Shown: piece by piece, positions 40,740-52,709 of the stretch
How the letters are laid out: each line of letters opens with the position of its first letter
Position numbering within the stretch: the stretch's first letter is position 1
Notes under the pieces: generated by a model
Told to the model about the DNA's origin: nothing
Database searches by the model: none
The model's input: the letters and a program-made list of their open reading frames with translations, nothing else
Program-made: the position numbers and the translations under genes
NCBI GenBank assembly: GCA_013265495.1
Contig: MU058781.1
Location: 3,907,050 to 3,971,049, forward strand
Direction of reading: 5' to 3'
Length of the DNA: 64,000 bases
Source: Vicugna vicugna
Taxonomy: Eukaryota

Positions 40740-40978
40740 AACTCACCCTCCACTCCTTACCTCATCTCCTTACCCTGCCTGATTTCTCTTCTTACCACTT
40801 ACCCCATCTCACGGATAGCCGCTCATTTGTCTACTGTCTGTCTCCTTGGCTGGAAGGTAAGCTTTGTGAGATCAAGGGCGTGAGACTGAGTGGTTTATAG
40901 CTGTATTCTTGATCCTAGAAGAATGCCTGGCATGTAGTGGCTGCTCTATAAATAGTAGTTGAATAAATGAATGAGTAT
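40740..40978 (+). mobile_element. L2 LINE 3' end
   Basis: 'gtaagctttgtgag...gaatgcctggcatgtagtgg...gttgaataaatgaatga'. Confidence 0.8.
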
Positions 40979-41089
40979 CAAATATATCTTAGAATTGGAT
41001 CCTGTGATCTAAGAATAATACGACATGGTTCTGGCTTTCTAGAAGCTGGCCATCTAGAAGAATTGGGCCAAAGAGGACTCAGGTTGTAG

Positions 41090-41330
41090 GAAGAACTGTC
41101 ATCACTACCAGTGCGGTGTGATGTGGAGGAGACAAGCTCTGGGGAGTCATTCATACGTGTCTTTGAGGAGCTGCCATGTGGAAGAAAGATTGGACTAGTT
41201 CCATTTATTTCCAAAGAACACATCAATGGGTATGAGGTACAGGGAAAGCACTTTGGCTCAACAAAAACTCTCAGAATTGTCTGAAGTCGTCTTGGGCAGC
41301 TTAGACCATCATCCGAGGCACCTAATTACG
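41090..41330 (+). mobile_element. CR1/L3 LINE fragment
   Basis: 'gctgccatgtggaagaaagattggact...caatgggtatgaggtacagggaaagcactttggctcaa'. Confidence 0.65.
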
Positions 41331-41365
41331 GCACTGAGGGACTTCTGTCGGGGAGGGTATCAACT

Positions 41366-41533
41366 GCGATGATTCTCAAATCTGGGATGCTTTAAAAACT
41401 CATTTTCCTGAGACCTTTCCTGAGCGCTCTGTATCAGAATCTCCAGGAGGAGGTCCCAGGAGCCTCTGTTTTATAGTAAGCCCCCTGGAGAGTCGGATCC
41501 AGTGGTCTGCAGACTGTTAGGGAATCACTGGAC
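41366..41533. mobile_element. MER5-family hAT-Charlie element
   Basis: 'gatgattctcaaa...atcagaatctccagg...cccaggagcctctgtttta...gggaatcactgg'. Confidence 0.65.
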
Positions 41534-44500
41534 TGGGGGATGGAAGCAGCCGAAGGCTGGTTGGGCTGAATGATCTCACACTTCTAACCATAAGATTTTA
41601 TGGCTCCAGGAGATCTTAGAAGTTACTGTCCTTTTACTAATGGTAGTAGTGGTAGGTGTAGGTTGGACTGTCACCAAAATAGAAACCCAGATCGAGAGTG
41701 CCAGGATGGGAGTCTGGCAGACGTTTTAAGCAGATACGTGGTAAAACCCCGTAATTCTATCATCCTCAGTGGGTAGAAATGACCAATCTTCAAAGCTCAT
41801 GCCCAGATAGCCCCCCTTACAAATCCTGTGTGGTGCTCAGCTGGGGCAGAGGACACTTTCTACCTCACTCCCGATCTTCAGGGCTTGGGGAGGAAACTGA
41901 GCTGATGGGTGGGCTGCTTTTAGGGAGAATTACCAAATTAAAAAAATGTGTTTTGAACCCAGTTGAGGAAGAAGGAAGGTTCCTTGCTCCCCACCCTCTG
42001 CCCTGCTGCAGCCTTGCCTTTGTGTCCCGCCCTGGACATCTGTGGACTGCTCTGGTCTTGTGGGAGGGTTGGTAACTACTGTGGGATGGGGAGAAAGGAG
42101 CTAAAGGGCCATCACTCATCTTTCCCAGCTTTGAACGCAAGCACGTTTATTTAGGAACTTGGACACATTGTACAAGTCCTGGCCTGCCCTGGTCCATCCA
42201 CTGTAAGTGCCCAGTAAATGCCAGTTGCTGTGATGATAATTTACTGAGTGCCAGGATGCTGGTGTGAACAGAAATGTGGACAGTCTGTGGTTGCTGCGCT
42301 CAGGGAGCTTGGGGTCTGGCTGTGATGCTGTAATCACAACAAACGTGGCAAGTGTTATACTGGAGTCCCGACCGCTTGTGCAGAGGTATGTGTCTGTGGG
42401 TCCCCGGTTCAGTCTGAGCAGACACGGTGTGAATGAGGCCAGCCACCTGCCCCGCCCATGTCGTTAACTTGCATCGGTTGACAGGCCTGATTGCCTTCCT
42501 GGTTTTTTGTTTGTTTTGTTTTGTTTTTCACTAGAAGGAGGAAGGGCTTATGCTTGGATCTCAGGATAATGAAGAGAAAAACTTGGAGGGGAGGCATGGC
42601 GCCCTTCTCCCACCTGGTCCGAGAGGCTGGATCTACTGAAAGGAGAGAGCCACAGAAGGTGAAGGGGGGCTCTGCAGACTTGGGGTACACACAGCATGTT
42701 TCAAGGCCTAGGTGGTGGAATATGGCACAGAGCGGAAGGAGAGCTACCTCCTCATGTTCCTCCACAGACCAGAGAAGCCCAGAAAGGCAGAGGGACCAGG
42801 AAGAAATAAGTTTCCACGAGAACATTTGCTGCGCAGGCAGGGGTGTCTTCCTTGAGGGGATCTGGGGTATCGTATCTCCAGGTGAAGACCGAGTTCATCC
42901 ATGGAGGGCTTGCCGAGTGCCTTTACGGCAGCCCTTGGGAGCTCACGGGAATGGCTGGGGATAATGTGGGGGTGAACTTAAGACTTGGGTCAGCAGGTTA
43001 ACCGCCCAGTAAAACTCAAGTATTTTTGGTAATTATTTTGTATCACGGGCTAGGAAAGCCACGATCATTTCTGTTGTAGGAATACAGAAAGGAGTCAGGA
43101 ATCTGGGAGAGAGGTCGGCTGGATGGGAGCAGGGAAATCTGCAATGAGGAGGACACTGCAAACCGAGCTTTGAGGGATGAGTAGGAGCTGGTTAGGCTAA
43201 CAGAGGTCAGTGAGCATTTCTGACAGAAAGCATCCTTTTATGAGCTTTTCCCTTGCAATTTCCCACCATTTCCCCAACATCCAGTATCAGCCCAGTGCTG
43301 CATCATGCCTTCTAGAAACACAGAGGGGAACATCACAGCCTTTGCGGTCTCTCTCCAACCAAGTCTTCTCCCAGGTGTGCCCCAGAGGTCCATTGTAGAC
43401 TCCCGAACCCATGATTCCCCATCTGTTTCTAGGCAGAGCTTGGGATTGGCCTCGATGCTAGAACAGGGAGCAGGAAGCTGTCTCCATCCTTGTCTGTGTT
43501 CAGATTATGTGTTCAGCTTATGCACAAACAAGAGAGAGTGATTCTTATCAAACAGCAAGACAGGTTCTACCGGAAGGCCACCCTGTTCTCCCTCTCTTGC
43601 CAACATTGCGGCTAGACGGCTGGGCGTGGAGAAGGATGGAGAGGACAGCTGAATTCCCAAACAGGAGCAGGCAGTGCAGGTGGATGAGCAGAGCTCAAGT
43701 GAATGGAGCAGAAAAACACTTTAAGGACCCCCTGAGGCCAGGCTGGAGATGACTTCGCTGGGGAACCCTCAAATGCAAGGGAGGTCACGTTGATCTGCCT
43801 GCTGCTAACAGAAGCGAGTGATTATTTTCAACCAAAGGTGTCAGGAAGCACGTGAATGTAATAGACTGTCCAGCGCGAAGCATCAGGCTTGGGAACTTGA
43901 GCCCCACCCCACCTCCTTCAATTCCCTGTTGCTCCTACGGGTGGGAAGCAGTGTATTCCGTACGTAGTAGGAACTGGGGCACAGCCAGACTTCCTGGGGG
44001 AGACCATCTTTCCCTTTCTACCAAGGAATGCAGCCTTCTTTACCTGTATCCCTGGGGAAGTGAGCATCTGCAAAGATGAAAAGTTCTCTTTCCCGTCAAT
44101 CCTCTGATCCCCGGGGTTTTGGAGGAAAACAGAGGTTAAGGAAGCGAGTGTAGACCACAGTGGTCTGGGTGGTCTCCTGCATGGGACTGCACACAAACGA
44201 ATGGCAGGAAGCAGAAAGAGTCCGTCTCTGTGCAGTTGCTCTACTGGTCAGGCAGGGAATGGCTCTTCTGCACAATTAAAAAGATGTAAGTATTTCATCT
44301 TCAGTTAGCGTCCTTCCTGCTGTTGCCGCACCTGCTCAGGGGACCCCGGGGCTTCCTATCCTCATACCCAGGATCTCGCAGGTCTGAGCTATGGACTGCT
44401 CATTTCCCCCACTGTGGGTTCATGTTCATTTACTTGATGTGTGGAGGAACGCAAGAGCGCCCCGCTGACGTGCTGGTGAACATCAGCTCATCCAGCTTCC

Positions 44501-45490
44501 CAGGAACCGGATGCTCTGTGAAGATTAATTACGAGCTCTACCTTTTATGTGCTCTCTGTCATTCGGCAGACATCTCTGTTGCTCTGAGAAGTTAATACAA
44601 GTAATTAAAGCCAACCTGTCCTCTGCTTGGGAGCCACTCGGCAGGTGTCATGCCCCCCACCACACAGACGCACTTCACTGAGCCCAGAAGCATCAAAGGA
44701 CTAAAGGCGAATCCCCGTGCCAGCTGGGGCACTTGTGACTCTCCTGCAGTGTTCCTGCCCCAAACACCAGCAGAGCTCAGAATGCGTTTTTATGAACTGG
44801 AGGGTGGAATTCAGTGGGAGAAATAATTCCCATAAACCCTGTTGCCTTGAATTCAAATCGATTTCTTTCTGCTGTGCTGCTGTTTAATTAACTCAACCCA
44901 GCCTCTAGCCCAGAGAGAAGTGAAAGATACGCATTTTGGAGTAGTAGGGTTCAAACCACTCAAAGCCAGCTAATACTGATGATGACATATTTGGGGCTGG
45001 TTGATAGAATGGGGTACCATGCTTTTTTTATTCAGTAGAACAGGCAATCTTGTCCACACAGTTTATTTTTAACATGCCCAAACAAAACTTAAAAATGGTA
45101 GATTCCTAGGCTAGCTCACAAAAACTTGTTTAACCCACTCAATGCCGGCCTGCAGAGCTGTTCCTTGGTCCACTGGAAACACATCCCATATCCCTTGTCT
45201 TGTAGTGGCAGCTGCCTCTGAACTGTCAGGAGGATAGCGCAGCTCGTTTGTCTGGTTCTAGGTAATTTTACCATGAGAATCTTTGCCCGAGGCGTATTCG
45301 CCACACAAGTAATTGGCTGCACGACAAGTTTGCCATGCAGGATAAAATAACAATAATAAAATAAAAGAGAGACATTTCAAAGGACCTAATGAAATCTGAA
45401 AATTAATAACAAAATTTTGAAAGATTTTATTGTGAAAAATGAAAATACAAAAAAAAATAGCAAGCATTTGAAATATATGGAGAGTCACAG

Positions 45491-46290
45491 TTATAGTTTT
45501 ATTCTGGTATGTCTTAGAGAAAGCAATGGTACTTCTTTCTCAAAGTCAATCATGAAAGATTCAGGATCTAATTTAACGATCAGATACAAGTCCTTGACAA
45601 CATAAAAAATTCTGCTGTGAGTCTCTTCCGATTTCCCTAGAAGTAAAACGAACAGACAAGGGCTGCTGTTTCTTATCAGTATATGTGACGTGTATAACTG
45701 GTAGCCCATGTCTGGACTACGTGGAAATGTTCCTCGCATGCATAGTCCTTGCATTTCACCCAGTCGCCTAAGCCAGATTCTGCGCAAATACCGCAGTTCT
45801 GTCCACATCGTGTTCTTCACCATCAAACAGGAAAAAGATGTTACCATTTTCCAAGAAACTTGTACTCATCAGGAATCATGTAACCATTTCTTTTCTGGGG
45901 GGAGGATGGAAGGAGCTTGATTCTTCTTTGGTCTTCAACTTCTAACATTGCATGATGCATTTGGTAAAGCGGGCAGGGCAGAGCAAGCTGTTGCAACTCA
46001 ATTGGCTACGGAATTGGTCATTGAGGACTGTTGTCAATTACTAGCCTCCCCTTTTATACTTGCCGTAGTTTGGTCATCTTTTGGTTTTGGTGGGTGGGAG
46101 AGATGACTGTGCTCACTGACGGATTTTCAAATGATATGTTATCACTTTCCAGCAGAGAATGCCATCTAGCTTTACACTCTTACCTCACACTTCTTATCAC
46201 TGTAAATTTGTATTTTCTGTCAAGTTGATATATGTAGTTGTTGTTATCCACTGTTTTAAGGCCACCTCGTCTACTCATCACTGTGTAGAT
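45491..46290 (-). pseudogene. Frameshifted MULE transposase remnant (FLYWCH zinc finger plus N-terminal part of the DDE core)
   Basis: Manual translation across frameshifts: SRRGGLKTVDNNNYIYQLD..KCEVR.CKARWH..EHSH; IPDEYKF.ENGNIFFLFD..DRTAVFA; AC[D]GTFPRSPDMGYQLYTSH..PCLFVLLLGKSEETHSRIF..LDPESFMIDFEK. Confidence 0.85.
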
Positions 46291-46325
46291 TATTATGAGG
46301 TCTAAGATTTACATAATATAAAAAC

Positions 46326-46561
46326 GAGAGGGGAAAGGATAAATTAGGAATTTGGGGTTAATAGATACACACTTCTATATATAAAATAGATAAACAACGA
46401 GGTCCTACGGTATAGCACAGGGAAATATATTCACTATTTTTAATAACCTATAATGGAAAAGAATCTGAAAAGGAATATTTACATATATATATATGTATAA
46501 CTGAATCACTTTGCTGTACACCTGAAATGTTGTAAATCAACTAAACTTTATTTTTTTTAAA
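46326..46561 (+). mobile_element. L1 3' end inserted within the MULE element
   Basis: 'ggataaattaggaatttgggg...tatagcacagggaaatatattca...actgaatcactttgctgtacacctgaaa'. Confidence 0.85.
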
Positions 46562-47120
46562 TGGGCGTATTGTGTCACTGGAGAAATGAAGGCAAACTGT
46601 CAATGAGTTGGAACCAACTGTCAAACCAAACTGTCAGCCAGTTATTTTATCTTTTATAGAAAAATTGCCTGTGGGCCAATTAGTTGTGCAGTGAAACTGG
46701 TTGTGGCAAAGATATTTAGGGGGAAATACCGGTCAGGCATTTGTCCCTGTTGATCTGGCACGCTTTCTAGGTGAGAATGAATGGAGTGCATCCGATCTAG
46801 TCCCACGTGTCTTTCATTCATCCTCTTGGAGCGTTTGCCCATGCCAGTCACTGTCCTTGGAGATGAGGGTGCTCAGATGAGTAAACCAGGATTCCTGCCT
46901 TGATGGAGCCCACAGTTCAGTGTAAAAGGTAGATGGTTAAATTCAGCTACTGCCATGCAGTGTGAACCTTTTTTGTGCTTGGGGTCTGCTCAAGCTACTT
47001 TGGGAACACAGAGGGGGATGGTATCTGCAGATGCTCCTGGTCAGAGAGAAGAAATCAAAGTAGGCAGCAAGGCAATGGCACCCAAAGAGCAGTTCTTTAA
47101 CGGGGACAACTAGTAAACTA

Positions 47121-47500
47121 TAGACATGCCTCCTCTTGTTTCATGGTGCTTTGCTTTATTGCAATCCACACATACTCCGTTTTTCACAAATTGAAGCAAG
47201 TCTATTGGCACCATCTTTTCAGCAGCGTTTACTCACTTGATGTCTCTGCGTCACATTTGGTAGTTCTCACACTGTTTCAGACTTTTTATTATTATGTTTG
47301 TTATGGTGATCTCTGATCAGTGATCTCCGATGTTATTGCTGCAGAAAGATTATGACTCACTCAAGGCTCAGATGATGGTTAGTATTTTTTTAGCAATAAG
47401 TATTTTTAAGTTAATTTATGCACATTTTTAAGACATAATGCTATTGGACGCTTAATAGACTGTAGTAGTTTAAACATAACTCTTATATGCACTAGGAAGT
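47121..47500 (+). mobile_element. Tigger1 internally deleted derivative
   Basis: 5'-end phrases ('tgctttattgc..cac.atact..gttttt.acaaattgaag') joined to 3'-end phrases ('ctcagatgatggttagtattttttagcaataag', 'aaacataactcttatatgcactaggaa'). Confidence 0.85.
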
Positions 47501-47699
47501 CCAGTGCAGCAAAGTCACTCAGAGCATTGACAAATGGGTGTGGTTTAAACATAAATGTTGGTGGATGTTGCTGTTTACTTCTAGCAAGACAAAAAGGAAG
47601 AAATGAAGACATATGTAGGCCCCATTCATTCATCAGTATGTGATTTCTTCTCTGAACCAGATCATGACCTTTGAATATAAGAAGAGTATCTCTTCAGTT

Positions 47700-48148
47700 T
47701 TTGGTGTTACTCACAGTCCGGCAGCCACAGATATGACTCACGTTTGTATTTAATCTGCATCGTTAACATTTTCTCCATCATCTTCTTAAGTCTGGACGAG
47801 CAACAGAAAAATGAATCAAGCCTCGGTTTGCAGTGTCTGCTGGTTTCTGTGGTGTGAACACTCCTTCCATGATTTCACGCTACCGACTTGAGAGGTGCAG
47901 TAGCATGTCAGCATGGAGCGATGCAGGCGCAACAGTAGAAAATGAGCTGGGACCACAGATAATAGCAAAGTGTAGTAAAATAAGTAGGAAAGGATGTGAA
48001 TTTTCAGTCTTTATTATCTTTATTTTTAATATACTTTAAGTATACATTTCTGCAATTTTCTTTTAAATCATGGTTGTCTTTAACAACTGGCTTGCAAAAA
48101 TTCTGAAAATTTAACAGTGGGCTCTTCAGAGCTCAAGTACATCACCGC
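47700..48148. mobile_element. MER63-like hAT-Blackjack element
   Basis: 'cacagataatagcaaagtgtagtaaaataa', 'tttaacaactggcttgcaaaaattctgaaaatttaaca'; left end approximate. Confidence 0.7.
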
Positions 48149-48308
48149 CTGTCTGTATCACTCCTTTGTAGGTGAGAGAGATTAGTTCTTATCGTAAATG
48201 CTGTGATATTTGGCAGCAGGGAACTTATAAACAGGTGCTCAGTGCATGTATGTTGAATGAATGAAGACTTTCAGTAGATTGTCTATTTGCTATAATCAAA
48301 GCATGCCC

Positions 48309-48309
<1 letters not shown>

Positions 48310-48342
<33 letters not shown>
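48310..48342. repeat. (TG)n microsatellite
   Basis: Direct read. Confidence 0.95.
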
Positions 48343-48344
<2 letters not shown>

Positions 48345-49280
48345 CTTTAACCGGCTCCTATAACCAAAGGCAGAGTAACTGCATTCGAACTAGGGAATAC
48401 AGTACCGACTGCAGTCAGTCTGTTTTCTCAGCTGCAGTGTGACTTTCCACCCTTCCTCTGAAGGCATAGCTTGCCTTTTGAAACTAGATCCCTGCAATTT
48501 GATCCTCCCTTGTCCAGTTTGGAAGAATAACCGATAACAAAGCTAACTTAAAAAATACCAGCAGGTTCCTTATGCCCTGGAATATTGTGTCTTCTCAGAT
48601 GAGCTGCTGCTAATTGGCTTGCAGGGGTCTGGTCTTCCGGGATTTGTCTGAACAGCTACCAACAGGTTGTTTACCTGGGAGACACTCACCTTTATCCCTG
48701 CAATTAACTAGAGGTGGGGCCTCTGAGTCTTGCTTTTGATTCACAGAAGCCAAACAACTTCCCTCATGGCCATGCCCCTCTGAGACTACTCTTCTGGGAG
48801 TGATCTGTTGGTGGGTTCAGGGAGTCAGCAACAGAAGGCAAGCCTGGAGCTGTGTTGAATTCACTTCTTCGCAAGCACAGAAGAAGGCAGCCATCCATCA
48901 GAAGGTCAGAAGATGAGCAGACATACACTGTGTGAAACTGTGCTTTTGGCGTTCATTCATCTTCATTTATTCTCCCTCCCTCCCTCATCAAATTCATAAA
49001 TAAGTACCGAGTGCCTCCCTGGAATCTGAACTGTGTGAATTTTCAAACATTTAAGACCCTTCGTGGACTTTTTCTTGTGGAAGCAAAGCATATTTATCAT
49101 AGAAGGCAAAAATAAAATACCAGTAAGTGAGAACGAAAGAAAGACAGTCACAATCACTCTAAGAAGTTTATTGCCATCTCCCAGACTTTTTAGTGCATAT
49201 ATAACATGTGGTTGCAAAATTTGTTCACACTTGATATAATGCTTTTTGACTTAAAATTACACAGCGCAGAACGTTTTTGC

Positions 49281-49355
49281 TTTATTTATTTTTTTGAACC
49301 CAGAACCTCGTGCCCGCTAAGCATGAACTCTACCACAGAGCTGTTACCCTCCCCC
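49281..49355 (-). mobile_element. Partial vic-1-type SINE
   Basis: 'ttgaacccagaacctcgtgcccgctaagcatgaactctaccacagagctg..accctccccc' is a tRNA-Ala-like head in reverse. Confidence 0.75.
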
Positions 49356-49387
49356 AACAGGCACCTCATAGAATTGACTGTTGGGAA

Positions 49388-49462
49388 TTTTTTTTTTTTT
49401 TTAATGGAGGCACTGGGGATTGAACCCAGGACCTTGCAACTACTGAGCTCTACCCCATCCCC
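49388..49462 (-). mobile_element. Internally deleted vic-1-type SINE
   Basis: Poly(T) followed by 'aatggaggcactggggattgaacccaggaccttg...actgagctctacccc'. Confidence 0.8.
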
Positions 49463-49989
49463 TTATTTTAATAAGGTTTTGGCACTGGTCTTGGGAGGAA
49501 CAAAATGTCCCTGTAACTTCATTGTATTGAAGGGAAATAAAGTGATGCTTCTTGTGGAAATGCAGGGTTGGAACAGAGGAAACCAAACGATCGTGTAAGT
49601 CCTTCTGTCTCGAATGTGCTATTCCGGGGATAAGGGAATCTGAGGCCTTGGCATCTTGTCATTGTTTTTTGCGGTGGCTTTTGAATTAGAATCTTTGATT
49701 CTGGAAATTATACTGTTACTAAATGCATATTTCTGCAATTATTTCCTTTCGCTTACTCAGTGATGAAAATATGTTGCCTGTGCTGAGAAGAAATGCAGGA
49801 AAGAGCTTTGTGGCTGCTTTGCCTCTAAACTGGAGGGAGCAGCAGTCTCCCGGGACTCAGACGGGGGCAGCCAAGAGCAGATTCTTCCACCCGAACAACT
49901 ACCTGATGCTGGAGGCTTGTAGTTACTGTCACCTCCTCCTGTCACTGAGCAAGTCCCCGGGATGCTAAGACTGGGCTCCGAGCCCACAC

Positions 49990-50500
49990 ACACGTAAACA
50001 TCAATGAAAGAAGGAAGCATCCAGAGGTGGGGTGGCGTGGGGGCTGCAAGCTCGAGAGAGTAGCAGAGGGAACCAGACTGGAGGGGGCCTGCCCTCCCCC
50101 CACCTCTGTTCTTGTCACTCCACTCCTGGGGGTGACCCCCACACCCTCCGCTGGCGTTAGCCCAGACCTTTCTCTCCCCTGAGCTCCACACACCAACGGC
50201 CAACTTCTTAAAGTTGCCATCCCCATTCACACCTGGTGTGTCGAAAACCGAATGACTCACAGTGAACTCCTTGTTTCCTTGCACCCCTCCCCCGTTTCTG
50301 CTCTTCTTCCAGTTTCTTGGGAACGGCGTCCTCACCCCTCAAGCCTGTTGGGTCTGTCTCCTTGCTGTCTCCACAGTCTGCCTCTTCTGTCTTCCCCACT
50401 GCCCCTGGCTTGGCTCAGGCCCTCATTGCTGCTCACCCGCATTGCCACAACACCCTCCTCGGCCCCTTCCAGCCATCGTTGTCACAGTGATTGCTCTGCA
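49990..50500 (+). mobile_element. L2 LINE fragment
   Basis: 'cccagacctttctctcccctgagctccacac', 'tgaactccttg', 'ggctcaggccctcattgct.ctcacc'. Confidence 0.7.
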
Positions 50501-50511
50501 GCCTTGCTCTT

Positions 50512-50630
50512 AGAAGCATGATTCTTGGACCAGCATCACCCGGGAGCTTATGAGAGATGCAGAGTCGCAGGACCCATACTCCCCATCAGCGATGATCCAG
50601 TATGAAGACAGACAGGATCATTAACCTGAA
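50512..50630. mobile_element. MER5A-like fragment
   Basis: 'ggaccagcatcacccgggagcttatgagagatgcagagtcgcagg'. Confidence 0.6.
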
Positions 50631-51339
50631 TAAAGAAATTTTCATATGACAAACGGATGAATGGATAAGTAAACTGTATGCATGTATGCAATGGAAACCT
50701 AGTCAGGAAACATGAGTGACTCAAAGCGTTATGCTGAGTGAAAGACCCAAGTCTCAAAAAGTGGAAACCTAGTCAGGAAACAACATGAGTGACTCAAAGC
50801 GTTATGCTGAGTGAAAGACCCAAGTCTCAAAAAATTACTCACAGTATGATTCCACTTATATAATGTTCTGGAAAAGACAAAATTGTAGAGGCAAAGTTCA
50901 GTGGCTGAGGGGGAGCTCTGACTACAAAGGGGCAGCGTGAGGGAATTTTGGGGGTGCTGAAATGCTCTGCGTTTGGATTGTGCTGGTGAGCGCACTTGTC
51001 AGTACATGTGTTAATACTCATGAACTGTACACCAAAGGAAGCCAAGTGGACTGTACATAAATTTAAACATAAATAATAAATTAATTAATTAACAATGATA
51101 GAGATGAGTTACAAACCATTGGATACAATCGGAAAACTTGAGATCATATTAATATAAAGCGGTAAACACAATGATCTTCTCCCAAACACTTACCAACTGC
51201 AGAGGGAGGAAGGTTAACTTTATGGTGGAGAGAGCCTGGCTGGCCCATCTTAATGGTTGATCAAAGTTCACGTCATCAGTGATGGATAAAGCTGAATCAT
51301 TTGCCATCGGACAAGATGCAACATTAAGATCACAGACAA

Positions 51340-52401
51340 GGTGAACTTCATGAATATGAGATGTCCGTAGTCACACAAGATCCCATGCTTGGTTTAATGC
51401 TCTGCTGTCACCATCTTGAAATTCTTAAGAATTTTTATTTTTAATCGATCAATCAATCAATCAATTAATTAATTGAAGTATAGTCAGTTACAATGTGTCG
51501 ATTTCTGGTGTACAGCATAATGTCCCACTCATGCATATATATACACATATTCATTTTCATATTCTTTTTCATTAAAGGTTATTACAAGAATTGCTTTTTA
51601 TCTATTTTTATATATAGTAGTTAACCTTTGCAAATCTCCAACTCCCAAATTTATCCCTTCCCACCCGCTTTCCTCTGGTTGCCATAAAATTGTTTACTCT
51701 GTGAGTCTGTTTCTGTTTTGTAGATGAGTTCATTAGTGTTCTCTTTTTTCTTTTTTTTAGATGCCACATATGAGTGATACCATATGGTGTTTTTCTTTCT
51801 CTTTCTGGCCTACTTCACTGAGAATGACGATCTCCAGGTCCATCCATGTTGCTGCAAATGACATTATTTTATTCTTTTTATTGCTGAGTAGTATTCCAGT
51901 GTATAAATATACCACAACTTATTTATCCAGTCATATGTCAATGGGTATTTAGGTTGCTTCCATGTCTTGGCTATTGTAAATAGTGCTGCTATGAACATTG
52001 GGGTGCATGTATTTTTTCAAATTAGAGTTCCCTCTGGATATATGCCCAGGAGCGGGATTGCTGTGTCACATGGTAAGTCTATTTTTAGTTTTTTGAGGAA
52101 TCTGTATTGTTTTCCATAATAGCTGCACCAAACTGCATTCCCACCAGCAGTGTAGGAGGGTTCCCCTTTCTCCACAGCCTCTCCAGCGTTTGTCATTTGT
52201 ACACTTTTAAATGATGGCCATTCTGACTGGTGTGAGGTGATACCTCATTGTAGTTTTGATTTGCATTTCTCTGATAATTAGCAATATTGAGCATTTTTTC
52301 ATGTACCTGTTGGCCATTCGTATGTCTTCATTGGAGAATTGCTTGTTTAGGTCTTCTGCCCATTTTTGGATTGGGTTGTTTTAAGAATTTTTAAACAAGG
52401 G
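51340..52401. mobile_element. MER91-like hAT-Tip100 fragment split by a young L1
   Basis: 'cttggtttaatgctctgctgtcaccatcttgaaattcttaagaattttta' resumes as 'aacaagggg'-like sequence after the L1. Confidence 0.65.
51438..52380 (-). mobile_element. Young 5'-truncated L1 with 13-bp TSD
   Basis: ORF2 C-terminal antisense text ('gtgtgaggtgatacctcattgtagttttgatttgcatttctctgat'); TSD ttaagaattttta at 51425-51437 and 52381-52393. Confidence 0.95.
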
Positions 52402-52709
52402 TACAGGCTTCTGTGCAGGGTCTTTTGGCTGTAATGGATGTTGTTGCGACAACTGGTGAAAGCTGAATGTGGTCTGAGGACTGAATCACTATTAACCTCC
52501 CCATCCGGCTGGCTGTGTCATGGTTGCGGGGGAGAATGTTCTTGTTGTAGGACTTCCACACTTAAACGTGTGAGGCTGGCAGGACACTGTGTTGGTAACT
52601 TACTTTCAAATAGTTCAGGAAAAGAGTCCTTTGTTTTCTTTTTTTGCAACATGTCATTAAGTTCGATATTGTTTCAAACAAGAAAGAGTGATGGGGGAGG
52701 GAGGAAAGA

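Larger units (their letters stand above)
45254..46737 (-). mobile_element. MULE/MuDR DNA transposon fossil (probably Ricksha family): TIRs, 9-bp TSD, decayed FLYWCH-MULE transposase
   Basis: ~80-bp imperfect TIRs (45254-~45338 and ~46655-46737); TSD cgtttgtct at 45245-45253 and catttgtcc at 46738-46746; transposase motifs on the minus strand. Confidence 0.88.
50640..52686 (+). mobile_element. Old L1 (L1MC/ME-type) 3' region in two pieces (~50640-51340 and ~52430-52686), split by MER91 and a young L1
   Basis: 'atgaatggataagtaaactg', 'ttatgctgagtgaaaga', 'agtatgattccacttatat', 'gagaatgttcttgttgtagg'. Confidence 0.75.

Noticed and set aside
50692..50833. CRISPR-like repeat array
   Set aside because: Two adjacent copies with no spacer, in eukaryotic L1 DNA.
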